The position numbers and the translations under genes are program-made. This document shows, piece by piece, positions 40,708-50,439 of a stretch of DNA of 64,000 bases (the stretch's first letter is position 1; every line of letters begins with the position of its first letter). The stretch spans positions 246,692-310,691 of the IMG/VR virus record IMGVR_UViG_3300042545_001134. One strand, written 5' to 3'. The notes under the pieces were generated by a model. That model saw nothing but the letters and a program-made list of their open reading frames with translations, was not told where the DNA came from and did not search any database.

Positions 40708-41105
40708 AACGATTTAAATTTTAATTCTTGGGTTTCTAAAATATAACCTCTTGATTTTAGTTTTTTCTCTACTGATTCCATGGATTCACCAAAACGGAAA
40801 AACATTCTATCTTCATCCATGTCGAAATTAGATTTTTCCCATGCCATGGCAATTATACCATCCACAGCATCAATAACACCGAAATAGTCAGAATTTTGTA
40901 TTAATTCAAAAACCACATCGGTGTCACGTAAAAGACCTACAAGGTCAATATATTCAATACTTGGAGACTTTGAGGTCATTGTTGAAGATGCTGGAACGTC
41001 AAACCATTCCTCCATGTCAATTTCTACGCTTTCACTAAAAATGAATTCGTACTGTCTTTGACCTTTAAAATCGGAACCGATTTCATTGACGTATATTAAA
41101 CGCAT
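40704..41105 (-). CDS. Hypothetical protein
   Basis: 133 aa ORF in operon. Confidence 0.7.
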   Translation of the reverse strand: MRLIYVNEIGSDFKGQRQYEFIFSESVEIDMEEWFDVPASSTMTSKSPSIEYIDLVGLLRDTDVVFELIQNSDYFGVIDAVDGIIAMAWEKSNFDMDEDRMFFRFGESMESVEKKLKSRGYILETQELKFKSL

Positions 41106-41106
41106 C

Positions 41107-42084
41107 TTACTTGAAATATTTACCTAAAGTTTCCCCGATATTTCTGTTAATTTCTTTCTTTATTTCCTCCAAGTCGATTTCCATTACGTCATCTTCTTGT
41201 ACCGAACCTAAATCAGCATAATTGCTCAAATCAATTTCTTCGTCTTGAACTGCTGGCATATTAACAAAACTCTCCAATTTATCCATTATTGACATTTCAC
41301 CCAAATCTTCGTCTGCTTCAGGTTCTTCTGCCGGCATTTCAGGTTCTTCTGCAGGAATCCCTTCCTCATCACCAAAATCCTCTTCATCTCTGTCGAATTT
41401 TTTAGCGATGTCTTCGATGTCCTCAATCTCAAGTTTGTTAAGGTCAACCGCCGAGATAATCATGTTAAGTACGTATTTGATATCGTCACTTTCCATTTTT
41501 TCTTTTTGGTCTCTTAATTCTTGACCTAATTTACCTGCGAATTTTTGAACTTCAGCCATGTAATCAGATGGTTTGGGTGTGTTTTCATCACCCATTTCAG
41601 GTTCCATTGATGTATCATCAGAAGGAACATCTGAACCCATATCATCCATAGATGTTACCGGTGTCTCGTCTGCAGATGGTTCTGATGGAACATCAGTTGG
41701 CATCGGTGCTGGCGCATCAACAGGCATTGCAGGTTCTGTGGTTTTGTTTTGTTTTAATACATATTTTGTGGCTTCCTGTAATTGTTCTTGACCATTTAAA
41801 AGGTCAAGTCTTTTCAATGCCTCAGCGTATGAACTAAATTTGTTTTTATTTTTCATGAAAAGACCACCAATGTAATCCAATGAACTTTCATTTAAACCTT
41901 TCTTTACGAAATATCCATCTTTTTCTTTGACGATACCGTATACACCGTTTACTGATTCTGAGATATACTCAGCCTTAGACGATGTGTTGTTTGTTTTATT
42001 ACCGTAATAAGTCAACTCAAGAATTCTCTTTAATTTGTCGTCTCCTTGAAGTTTCTCACTTCCTAATGGTTTTAAGTCTGCCAT
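41107..42084 (-). CDS. Acidic hypothetical protein (possible prohead core component)
   Basis: 325 aa, acidic low-complexity segments; late motif upstream. Confidence 0.65.
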   Translation of the reverse strand: MADLKPLGSEKLQGDDKLKRILELTYYGNKTNNTSSKAEYISESVNGVYGIVKEKDGYFVKKGLNESSLDYIGGLFMKNKNKFSSYAEALKRLDLLNGQEQLQEATKYVLKQNKTTEPAMPVDAPAPMPTDVPSEPSADETPVTSMDDMGSDVPSDDTSMEPEMGDENTPKPSDYMAEVQKFAGKLGQELRDQKEKMESDDIKYVLNMIISAVDLNKLEIEDIEDIAKKFDRDEEDFGDEEGIPAEEPEMPAEEPEADEDLGEMSIMDKLESFVNMPAVQDEEIDLSNYADLGSVQEDDVMEIDLEEIKKEINRNIGETLGKYFK

Positions 42085-42159
42085 GTTTTTTAAATATTGA
42101 TAATGTGTTATTCTTAGTATCCTATAAATACATGCATATAGGTAAAAAAATTATGATTA

Positions 42160-42945
42160 CTACTGTGGAAGGGACAATTTCTTATTCCTCACACTCGTTT
42201 TTATGTTCATCAATTTTTCAATGTACCCATTTCTTCTGAGTAATTTGAAGGTTAGATTCTCATAAGAATACTCCCCACCACTCTCAAGACCACATTGTCT
42301 GAACTTTTTTATCTTTGATTTTAATTCATCAACCTCTTTTGTTGTATCCTCACCCATCTCTTCTCTATTAACCATAAGGTCAATTTGTTTGGCGTATTCT
42401 TCCGACTTTTCTAAAATTTTTTTCTCATCTAAGTCAAAAGGTGAGTCTAACTTCTTTGGTTCAACAACCCATTCATTATTTAAAATAGAGTAAACCCCCG
42501 TTGATAGATGTTCTTCATCTACGTCTTGTACATATAACTCAACCTCAAAATCCTTTACTTTAATGTCGGTGGTTGTGTTCCAAATTACCTTTTTACTATC
42601 AAAAAACTCTTTAACGATTTGGTGGTATATGGTTGGGGTAACTTTATTCCCATCAAATTCATCCAAATCAATTAAGATGTGTAAATCAACATCAGAATAT
42701 TTTGACCAATTAAAGTTTGCTAAAGAACCTGTTAGAACGATGTCGTGAACAAAAAAATCAATACCAATGAATTCTAAGAACTCATTTGAAATTTCCAATA
42801 ATTTTTCTCTAATTTCTTCGTTTAAAACATAAGAGTCACCCTTCAAAGAAAAGATTGTTTCGGGCAACGTATCTTTAGGGATGAATGATTTTACAATCTC
42901 ATTATCCTTTTCAATATCCTCTATTAGTTCTTTAATTAAACTCAT
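42160..42945 (-). CDS. Pol-beta superfamily nucleotidyltransferase
   Basis: LTGSLANFNWSKYSDVDLH (GS...DxD) and VELYVQD. Confidence 0.8.
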   Translation of the reverse strand: MSLIKELIEDIEKDNEIVKSFIPKDTLPETIFSLKGDSYVLNEEIREKLLEISNEFLEFIGIDFFVHDIVLTGSLANFNWSKYSDVDLHILIDLDEFDGNKVTPTIYHQIVKEFFDSKKVIWNTTTDIKVKDFEVELYVQDVDEEHLSTGVYSILNNEWVVEPKKLDSPFDLDEKKILEKSEEYAKQIDLMVNREEMGEDTTKEVDELKSKIKKFRQCGLESGGEYSYENLTFKLLRRNGYIEKLMNIKTSVRNKKLSLPQ

Positions 42946-43187
42946 TTTACTTTTTGATACTTGTATGTTTTAGAAATACTTGTATTGAAAAACTTACCCT
43001 GAGATTCCGCCATTCGGAATTTAGTGAAGATTTCCCATGGTACTTCATTATACTCATAAATAGCACCATTATTAAATTCCACCATCAGAGTCTTTTCTTC
43101 GGTGTTATATGTTGCACTTTTAAGATTAGACGATGTTATTAACACCTCAATCAGAAGACCATTAATTTTTTCAGATGTAATTCCCAT
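42942..43187 (-). CDS. KTSC domain protein
   Basis: SSNLKSATY....L.VEFNNG..YEY..VP......F..AESQGKFFN..I. Confidence 0.92.
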   Translation of the reverse strand: MGITSEKINGLLIEVLITSSNLKSATYNTEEKTLMVEFNNGAIYEYNEVPWEIFTKFRMAESQGKFFNTSISKTYKYQKVK

Positions 43188-43431
43188 AATGTTTTTTTAT
43201 CTGATAATATACACAATAAATACCAAATAAAAAACCCCGATTCCTCGGGGTTTAACTTAATTCAACAAAATAATATGTTAAAGTAATTTTTTTTCATATA
43301 TTCGTATCAAAATATATTCCGAATGAATAAATAAGACAATATGTCAGTTATATCTTTATACTAACTGAAAAAATGTCATCATTTTGTTTTTAGAATTATT
43401 TTTGTTATCTTTATTAAAAACACATTATATA

Positions 43432-45450
43432 ATGGCAGTAGATTTTTTCGAAGAGGGTCAGACCTCCACTCCAAAGAGGGGTAAAAAGGGTTCTACAACC
43501 CCAATCCTTGATAACTTTTCAAGGGATTTAAACAAACTTGCCGAAGAGGGTAAAATCGACCCTGTGATTGGTAGAGACAAAGAGGTAAAGAGAATCGCTC
43601 AGATTCTTTCAAGAAAGAAGAAAAACAATGTGGTTGTTGTTGGTGATGCCGGTGTTGGTAAATCTGCTCTTGTTGAGAAATTAGCATTGTTAATTGTTAA
43701 AGGTGAATGTCCAACCAATCTTTTGGAAAAAAGAATAATGTCGTTGGATTTAACTTCATTAGTTGCAGGTACAAAATACCGTGGACAGTTTGAGGAGAGA
43801 ATCAAGGCAATTTTAAATGAGTTACAACACGAACCAAATGTGATTGTCTTTATTGACGAATTACATACAATGATTGGTGCGGGTAATGCAAGTGGTTCAA
43901 TGGATGCCGCAAATATTCTTAAACCCGCATTGGCAAGAGGAGAAATTCAATGTATTGGTGCCACAACTTTTGATGAGTTTAAAAAACATATTGAGAAGGA
44001 TTCCGCATTAGTTAGACGTTTCCAAAAGATTATTTTAAAGGAACCGACTCACGAGGAAACCATTCAAATTTTGGATAACCTAAAAGATTCTTATGAAAGT
44101 TACCATAAAGTACACTACGAAGATGGTGTTGTTAATATAATTGTTAAACTTTGCGGTCGTTTCATCACGGATAGACAATTCCCCGATAAGGCAATTGATG
44201 TATTAGATGAATTGGGTTCAGATAAAAAAATCAACACTAAGGTTCCCGAAATAATTGAAAAACTAAAAAAAGAATCTGACGAACTTAAAGAAAAAAAGAT
44301 TCAAGTTGTAAAAAACCAAAACTACGAGCAGGCGGCGAAACTCAGAGATGAGGAACGTAAAATTCTAACCAAGTTAGAAGAAGAGAAAACATTATGGTTA
44401 GACAAACAAAAGGATAACAAAGTCCCTGTTTGTGTTGACGATGTTTATGAAATAATCTCACAAATGACAGGTGTCCCAATTACCAAATTGGATGATAGAG
44501 AAACTCAAAACCTATTAAAATTAGAAGAGAGGTTATCGGCGAAAGTTATTGGTCAGGAAGATGCGATTTCAATTATATCCAAATCAATCAGACGAAATAG
44601 GGTTGGTATTAAAGACACAAACAAACCAATTGGTTCGTTTATCTTTTTAGGTTCGACAGGTGTCGGTAAAACTTACCTCGCCAAGTCTATTGCGGAGTTG
44701 TTATTTGGTGACCCCGAAAAAGTGATTAGAGTAGACATGAGTGAGTTTATGGAAAAACATAATGTATCTCGTTTAATCGGTTCTCCTCCGGGTTATGTTG
44801 GTTATGATGAAGGTGGTCAATTAACTGAGAAGATTAAAAACAATCCATTCTCAGTAGTATTGTTCGATGAGATTGAAAAGGCACACAAAGACGTGTTTAA
44901 CATCCTACTTCAAATTTTAGATGAAGGACATTTAACGGATTCATTTGGTAGGAAGGTTAACTTTACCAATACCATCATTATTATGACCTCTAACGTAGGT
45001 GCAAAAAAAGTATCAGATTTCGGAGGTGGTGTTGGATTCACAACTAACTCAAGTGAGGAACAAAAACACGAGGTTAGGAAATCAATCATTCAAAAATCTT
45101 TGAAACAACATTTCAATCCCGAGTTTCTTAATCGTATTGATGATATTATTTTGTTTAATAAATTGAATGGTGATACTATTAATAAAATTATCGAAATTGA
45201 GTTAGGTAAATTACTCATTCGTTTAAAAGAAAAGAATTTCAATGTAGTATTTGATAAAAGTGTAATATCTCGAATTTCCGAGTTAAATATTCAAGAAGAA
45301 TATGGTGCACGACCAATTAAGAGAATCATTCAAAATCTTTGTGAGGATTTCCTCAGTGAAGAGATTTTAAGGGGTTCGATTAAGGAAAACGAACTTACAA
45401 CATTGAAATTTAAAGACGGTCAACTAAAAATATTTAAGAAATTGGTATAA
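43432..45450 (+). CDS. clpC: ClpC-type AAA+ chaperone lacking the N-terminal domain
   Basis: Two Walker A motifs (GDAGVGKS, GSTGVGKT), UVR-like QNYEQAAKLRDEE, RLIGSPPGYVGY, VGF loop. Confidence 0.92.
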   Translation: MAVDFFEEGQTSTPKRGKKGSTTPILDNFSRDLNKLAEEGKIDPVIGRDKEVKRIAQILSRKKKNNVVVVGDAGVGKSALVEKLALLIVKGECPTNLLEKRIMSLDLTSLVAGTKYRGQFEERIKAILNELQHEPNVIVFIDELHTMIGAGNASGSMDAANILKPALARGEIQCIGATTFDEFKKHIEKDSALVRRFQKIILKEPTHEETIQILDNLKDSYESYHKVHYEDGVVNIIVKLCGRFITDRQFPDKAIDVLDELGSDKKINTKVPEIIEKLKKESDELKEKKIQVVKNQNYEQAAKLRDEERKILTKLEEEKTLWLDKQKDNKVPVCVDDVYEIISQMTGVPITKLDDRETQNLLKLEERLSAKVIGQEDAISIISKSIRRNRVGIKDTNKPIGSFIFLGSTGVGKTYLAKSIAELLFGDPEKVIRVDMSEFMEKHNVSRLIGSPPGYVGYDEGGQLTEKIKNNPFSVVLFDEIEKAHKDVFNILLQILDEGHLTDSFGRKVNFTNTIIIMTSNVGAKKVSDFGGGVGFTTNSSEEQKHEVRKSIIQKSLKQHFNPEFLNRIDDIILFNKLNGDTINKIIEIELGKLLIRLKEKNFNVVFDKSVISRISELNIQEEYGARPIKRIIQNLCEDFLSEEILRGSIKENELTTLKFKDGQLKIFKKLV

Positions 45451-45489
45451 ATATTTGGGTTTTTTTAAAAATCATATATATTTATATCA

Positions 45490-45586
45490 ACAAGGAAATC
45501 TTTGCCGAAATCCTTTCGTTTTTTAGTCCGTGGGGTTGAACCCACAAAAATGACCTTAAGCCCCGATTCCCGTCGGGGCTTTTTTT
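45490..45586 (+). ncRNA. Putative ~100-nt small RNA
   Basis: TATTTAT at 45479-45485, two hairpins, then terminator AAGCCCCGA-TTCCCG-TCGGGGCTT-U tract; no credible ORF. Confidence 0.45.
45558..45586 (+). terminator. Intrinsic terminator
   Basis: 9-bp GC-rich stem plus U7. Confidence 0.85.
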
Positions 45587-45615
45587 ATTCCGTAATTTTT
45601 CGTATATTTGTAACT

Positions 45616-45792
45616 ATGAGAAAATATACTTTGATTTTCGCAATTATCGCAACAGTTGCGATGACTGCATGTGGTAACGAGTCTACCACATCAACCGAAA
45701 CAACCGACTCAACTGCAACTGTTGCTGATACAACAGTTGTTGCTGATTCCGATGCAACACAGGAAACTGTGGATAGCACTGTGAAACAGTAA
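45616..45792 (+). CDS. Small lipoprotein (58 aa)
   Basis: MRKYTLIFAIIATVAMTA-C lipobox, T/D/S-rich tail; TAnnTTTG 5 nt upstream. Confidence 0.8.
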   Translation: MRKYTLIFAIIATVAMTACGNESTTSTETTDSTATVADTTVVADSDATQETVDSTVKQ

Positions 45793-45886
45793 TTAAATGA
45801 GTGCTCACTACCGTTGGTGGAAATGTGGGTTAAATGTATTGATTGTGACACCACAGCTCGTTTTTTTAATTTAAAAATTTTAAAAT

Positions 45887-46270
45887 ATGGAATTAATATT
45901 AGTAAGGGGTTTACCGGGTTCAGGTAAATCAACATTCGCAAAATCTTTGGGTTGTCCTTGTTTCGAGGCAGATATGTATTTCATCAACGAAGATGGGGTG
46001 TACAACTTTGATGCGTCAAAAATTAAAATGGCCCATCAATGGTGTAAAGACAGGTTAGTACAACTCATGGAAGTGGACATCAAAAAAATTGCGATATCGA
46101 ATACATTCACCCAAGAATGGGAAATGGATGATTACTATAAATTGGCGGAACAATACGGGTACACCGTGTTTAGTGTTATCGTTGAGAATAGACATAACGG
46201 AAAAAATGTTCACGGGGTACCTCAGGACAAATTAGAAATCATGAAAGAAAGATTTCAAGTGAAACTTTAG
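45887..46270 (+). CDS. P-loop kinase (AAA_33 / polynucleotide-kinase-like)
   Basis: LILVRGLPGSGKST, EADMYF, SNTF, HGVP. Confidence 0.85.
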   Translation: MELILVRGLPGSGKSTFAKSLGCPCFEADMYFINEDGVYNFDASKIKMAHQWCKDRLVQLMEVDIKKIAISNTFTQEWEMDDYYKLAEQYGYTVFSVIVENRHNGKNVHGVPQDKLEIMKERFQVKL

Positions 46271-46275
46271 ACATT

Positions 46276-47340
46276 ATGTTAGACATTTTAGAAAGATATC
46301 ATAAGGATGGTTTGTTACATAAACAAACCCACCCAACTCTTGATTTGACCATATGGAATTATTCGCCGAAAGTTCAATATGAAAGACTGTGGGATGAGAT
46401 AACTGTGCAATGTCGTGGTCTTGTTACTAACAGTAAAGGTGAAATTGTTGCGAAACCATTCAAAAAGTTCTTCAACTATGAAGAACATAAACCAGAAGAA
46501 ATACCAAATGAGTATTTTGAGGTTTATGAAAAAATGGATGGTTCTTTAGGTATATTATTCAACTATAATGGTGAATGGGTAATGGCAACCCGTGGTTCGT
46601 TTATTTCTGAACAATCAGTTAAAGGTCGTAAGTTACTTGAGAAATATGATTATAATCGGTTACATACCGACTACACTTATTTATTTGAAATAATCTATCC
46701 CGAAAATAGAATTGTGTGTGTTTACGATTTTGAAGATTTAGTTTTATTGGGTGTAATCCACACAGAAAGTGGTAACGAGGTTAATATTCATAACCTCAAT
46801 AATGAAGATATCCGATTAAACAACATGATTGGTAATTTAGGTTTCAGAGTCGTTACCTTATATAAAACATGGGGTGAAGGATTTGACGTACTGAAAGAAG
46901 AAATATCAAAAGATAGAGAAGGATACGTTATTCGTTTTAGAAATGGTTTTCGTATGAAAATCAAAGGGGATGAATATGTCCGTTTGCACCGAATATTAAC
47001 CAATATATCTAATAGAGACATTTGGGAGTATTTGAAAGATGGTAAACCTATGGATGAAATCTTAGATAAAGTACCCGATGAATTTTACGATTGGGTTAAG
47101 AACACCAAAAATGATTTAATTACACAATTCAATATATTAGAAAAAGAATATCAATGGATATTCAAAGTAACAAACAGGGTTCACGGTATTGAGAATCGTG
47201 CAGTCTTTGCTGAGTACGCAAAAAAATACAAACACCCCAACTTATTATTTAATATGTTGGATGGTAAAGACTATTCGCAACAAATATGGAAACTTCTGTA
47301 CCCAACATATTCAAAACCATTTAAAAAAGATGAAATATAG
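46276..47340 (+). CDS. RNA ligase 1 (T4 Rnl1/RnlA-like)
   Basis: CRGLV, KFFN, EKMDGSLG, ATRGSF, FEIIYPENRIV, EGYVI, MKIK. Confidence 0.92.
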   Translation: MLDILERYHKDGLLHKQTHPTLDLTIWNYSPKVQYERLWDEITVQCRGLVTNSKGEIVAKPFKKFFNYEEHKPEEIPNEYFEVYEKMDGSLGILFNYNGEWVMATRGSFISEQSVKGRKLLEKYDYNRLHTDYTYLFEIIYPENRIVCVYDFEDLVLLGVIHTESGNEVNIHNLNNEDIRLNNMIGNLGFRVVTLYKTWGEGFDVLKEEISKDREGYVIRFRNGFRMKIKGDEYVRLHRILTNISNRDIWEYLKDGKPMDEILDKVPDEFYDWVKNTKNDLITQFNILEKEYQWIFKVTNRVHGIENRAVFAEYAKKYKHPNLLFNMLDGKDYSQQIWKLLYPTYSKPFKKDEI

Positions 47341-47764
47341 AATTTATTTAGACGATGTTAGAACACCAATTAGTCCAAACAATGAATGGGTGGATGGTAT
47401 TGAGGAATGGACTGTTGTTAGGAATTACGTGGAATTCGTAGAGAAAATAACCGAGATTGGTTTGGAGAACATAGAATTAATTTCTTTGGACCACGATTTA
47501 GGTGATACCGCAATGGCCGAATGGCATCGTAATGTTTATCACAACTATGAGTTGGATTATGATAATATCCTTGAAAAAACCGGAATGGATTGTGTTAAAT
47601 GGTTGGTTGAAAAATGGATGGATGGTGAACCCGTGGTTACTGTTGTTGTACACTCGGCAAACGCAATCGGTAGTGGAAATATGATGGGTTATATAAACAA
47701 TTACCGACACATCAATAAATTACCACAAAATTGTATTAGAGTTCAGTGGGAACACACGGTGTAA
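47330..47764 (+). CDS. Cyclic-phosphate-processing receiver domain protein
   Basis: YLDDVR.P, ISLDHDLG, TGMDCVKWL, HSAN..G; coupled to the ligase. Confidence 0.8.
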   Translation: MKYRIYLDDVRTPISPNNEWVDGIEEWTVVRNYVEFVEKITEIGLENIELISLDHDLGDTAMAEWHRNVYHNYELDYDNILEKTGMDCVKWLVEKWMDGEPVVTVVVHSANAIGSGNMMGYINNYRHINKLPQNCIRVQWEHTV

Positions 47765-47826
47765 AAATCGTTTGGATAATTTAATTTTTTTAATCACCTT
47801 TGTACTGAACCAAACAATTTATTAAA

Positions 47827-48156
47827 ATGGATACAAATACTAACTCAATTGCGACCAAAAAATTATTAATAAAAGGAAAGTATGAAGGTTTTAAAGACTT
47901 TTATGATGTTAACAAAATTGTTATTTACAAAAACATTTTAAAACTTTTTACCAACTTCAAAAAACAAGATAAAGACCAATTAGTTCTTATCATTTCGGCA
48001 AAGATTAGTAATTTAGATTGGGAAACCGAATTGAAATTTCAAAGAAAAGAGTCCATCGTTTTAGTTCGTGATATCATGCCGTACTTCGAGCAAATCGAAG
48101 ACTATGAAACATGTGGTCAAATCTGTGACCTATACAAAAAAATACAATCAGTTTGA
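47827..48156 (+). CDS. Hypothetical protein
   Basis: 109 aa; C-terminal EQIEDYETC is UVR-like. Confidence 0.65.
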   Translation: MDTNTNSIATKKLLIKGKYEGFKDFYDVNKIVIYKNILKLFTNFKKQDKDQLVLIISAKISNLDWETELKFQRKESIVLVRDIMPYFEQIEDYETCGQICDLYKKIQSV

Positions 48157-50439
48157 TGAGTGAGATAAGTTTGAATCACCTTTAACAATATACTTTATGT
48201 TAAGGGTGACAGAACTTGTCACAAAATTTATAGTAAAACTCGTAACGGGTGTTACTGTTTTATAATTTGATGGAGTTATCGAATTAAAATCTGACGCAGT
48301 ATACCACCACACTTTATCAAACGTAATCATACCTGTAAGATTTGCACCAAGTAAGTACGCATCAGGTATGGTAACAACACCGTCATCATTAATGTCACCA
48401 GCCCTCATTTTAGGTCCACTGTTCAAATGTATTCCTGAAAGTGTATTGTTGGGTGTATTTTCATTTTGAGACTCGTTAAACACCAAATCAAAGTCTGATG
48501 AAGTTAGTGTTGGCGTAAATGAAGGTACAACTTTGAAAGTTGCATTATGTTTTGTTGGATTCAATGTATATGTTCCGTTTGTTGCGACCGTTACGGTTTG
48601 TAATAATGTGTCCGTAGTACCCACAACCAAATATAATTTAACCTGCGGTCTTGTGGATAGTCCAGATGGAATTGTAATTGTACCACTAATTGTTTCAGTT
48701 ATAATTGAAACCGTACCATTACTACTATATGCAAATCCACAAGTACCACTTTGTAATTGTGCTCTAAATAATGTTTTGGTTGTAATGTTTGTATAACTAT
48801 TACTTGCAGTTGTGTTTGTTATGTCTGTCCAGTTGACACCGTCATTAGTAGACTTCTGCCATTTAACAATAGTTCCAGTATAACTACTTAATGTCAATGT
48901 ACCTGAGTTTGTTGTACTCGTGTGAGTTGCTGATGACACACCACCACCAACAGGGGGTGTTCCCGATGTTACGCTGATAGTTTTAGCACCTGATAATACC
49001 GCACTACCACAACTCGGTGTTTGGACTTCAACACGATAATAATATGTACCAGCGGAACTTATGGTTTCTGTTAAACTTGTTGTTGTGTTAGAGATATTAG
49101 TCCAATTCACGTTGTCCGTTGAGCGTTGCCATTTATTTACATTACCCTGTTGACCTGATAATGTTAATTCAACTTGACCACCGGCACATATAGAATTATT
49201 TGCCGCGAATACCGACCCCGATTTAGTTGGTTTTACGGTAACATAGACACTTGAGGTTGCCAATCCCGAACAACTAACAGGACTTGATGAATTCACAATT
49301 GCTCGGTAATATGTTGTCTTCGTTAAATTGGTTACCGTTATACTTGTTGATGTACTTGTGATAGTTGTTCCTGCAGTAAAAAAGTTATCGAAAGATGATT
49401 CCCATCTAACAACACTACCCGATAAATTATTTAATGTTAATGTCGTACTATTACTTCCTGAACATACGTTAACATCACCACCACTTATGTAACCACTTGA
49501 AGAGTTACTGACCTCAATATTTCTTGTTAATATAGTTGTACTCGTTGTTATATCACCCGGCATGTCACCATACTCACAAATATAACCCGGTAGAGTACTA
49601 TTTGCTAAGTCATTCCATTGACCACTATTTGATGAATAGAATTGTCCAAACGCTTCCGAGGTACCATTTGGTTCTCCACCCGCCCATTTATGATACATAC
49701 CCGATACTAAGGTTGTACTTGGGGTATTTCCATTTGAAAAGTTTTGACCTTTTTCAGGACCTGTAACCCAGTGCCACTTTCCTTCTGATGCGGATTGACT
49801 CGCATAAACAGTTGAACCCTTTGCAGTGTTGATATAGTTGTAATCATCCGATGCACCAAACCAAGCATCGTTTGCCATTAATTTCCAAATAAAGTTATTT
49901 TCCGCCTCGGATAAAACTGTTGCCAAATAACCAACCCTTCCGAAGTATGATTTATTACTTGCGTTTGTATATGAATTAGTCCAACTTGTATTACCCGACA
50001 CATATTCATAAAAGTGTTCGGTTAATGGATTATAAAAAACAGTACCTGCAACGAAAGTCACTCTTCTTTGAAGTGCGTAACATGTGGAGGTGGTTGATTT
50101 AAATTCAACACCCCTTAATACTGATTCCCAATTTGTTGCAGTTGTTGAACCACTAAAAATTAAAACACCCGTTGTGGTATTAAATGATGAAGAAACTCCC
50201 GATGGAAGTGTTGCCGTTGACCTTAATTGGTCACCACTCGTATATGTTTGAGATATTTGAACTCTAAAACCTGTAATCGTTCCATTTGCGGTTAAAGTTA
50301 GATTTGGGTCAACTTTAGTCCACGTATTATATGTCGATGAAAGAGCACTCGTACTTGATGTTCCAAGACTAACAGATGTTGCCTGTGAAAAACCTAAGAC
50401 TGGTAACAATAAAAATAATATGTATAGTAGTTTTCTCAT
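48148..50439 (-). CDS. Secreted C-type lectin, Ig-like repeats and C-terminal dockerin-like domain
   Basis: Signal peptide; GYLATV.S.AEN, WFGASD, EGKWHW, W..GEPN, WNDL, YICEY; three G..V.WQ.S repeats; AGDINDDGVVTIPDAYLL. Confidence 0.85.
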   Translation of the reverse strand: MRKLLYILFLLLPVLGFSQATSVSLGTSSTSALSSTYNTWTKVDPNLTLTANGTITGFRVQISQTYTSGDQLRSTATLPSGVSSSFNTTTGVLIFSGSTTATNWESVLRGVEFKSTTSTCYALQRRVTFVAGTVFYNPLTEHFYEYVSGNTSWTNSYTNASNKSYFGRVGYLATVLSEAENNFIWKLMANDAWFGASDDYNYINTAKGSTVYASQSASEGKWHWVTGPEKGQNFSNGNTPSTTLVSGMYHKWAGGEPNGTSEAFGQFYSSNSGQWNDLANSTLPGYICEYGDMPGDITTSTTILTRNIEVSNSSSGYISGGDVNVCSGSNSTTLTLNNLSGSVVRWESSFDNFFTAGTTITSTSTSITVTNLTKTTYYRAIVNSSSPVSCSGLATSSVYVTVKPTKSGSVFAANNSICAGGQVELTLSGQQGNVNKWQRSTDNVNWTNISNTTTSLTETISSAGTYYYRVEVQTPSCGSAVLSGAKTISVTSGTPPVGGGVSSATHTSTTNSGTLTLSSYTGTIVKWQKSTNDGVNWTDITNTTASNSYTNITTKTLFRAQLQSGTCGFAYSSNGTVSIITETISGTITIPSGLSTRPQVKLYLVVGTTDTLLQTVTVATNGTYTLNPTKHNATFKVVPSFTPTLTSSDFDLVFNESQNENTPNNTLSGIHLNSGPKMRAGDINDDGVVTIPDAYLLGANLTGMITFDKVWWYTASDFNSITPSNYKTVTPVTSFTINFVTSSVTLNIKYIVKGDSNLSHSSN

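Noticed and set aside
45502-45615. TTG-start extension of the lipoprotein ORF
   Set aside because: It crosses a terminator; ATG 45616 gives a proper signal peptide
45797-45867. Three-way junction with GAAA as a hammerhead ribozyme
   Set aside because: The CUGAnGA core is absent
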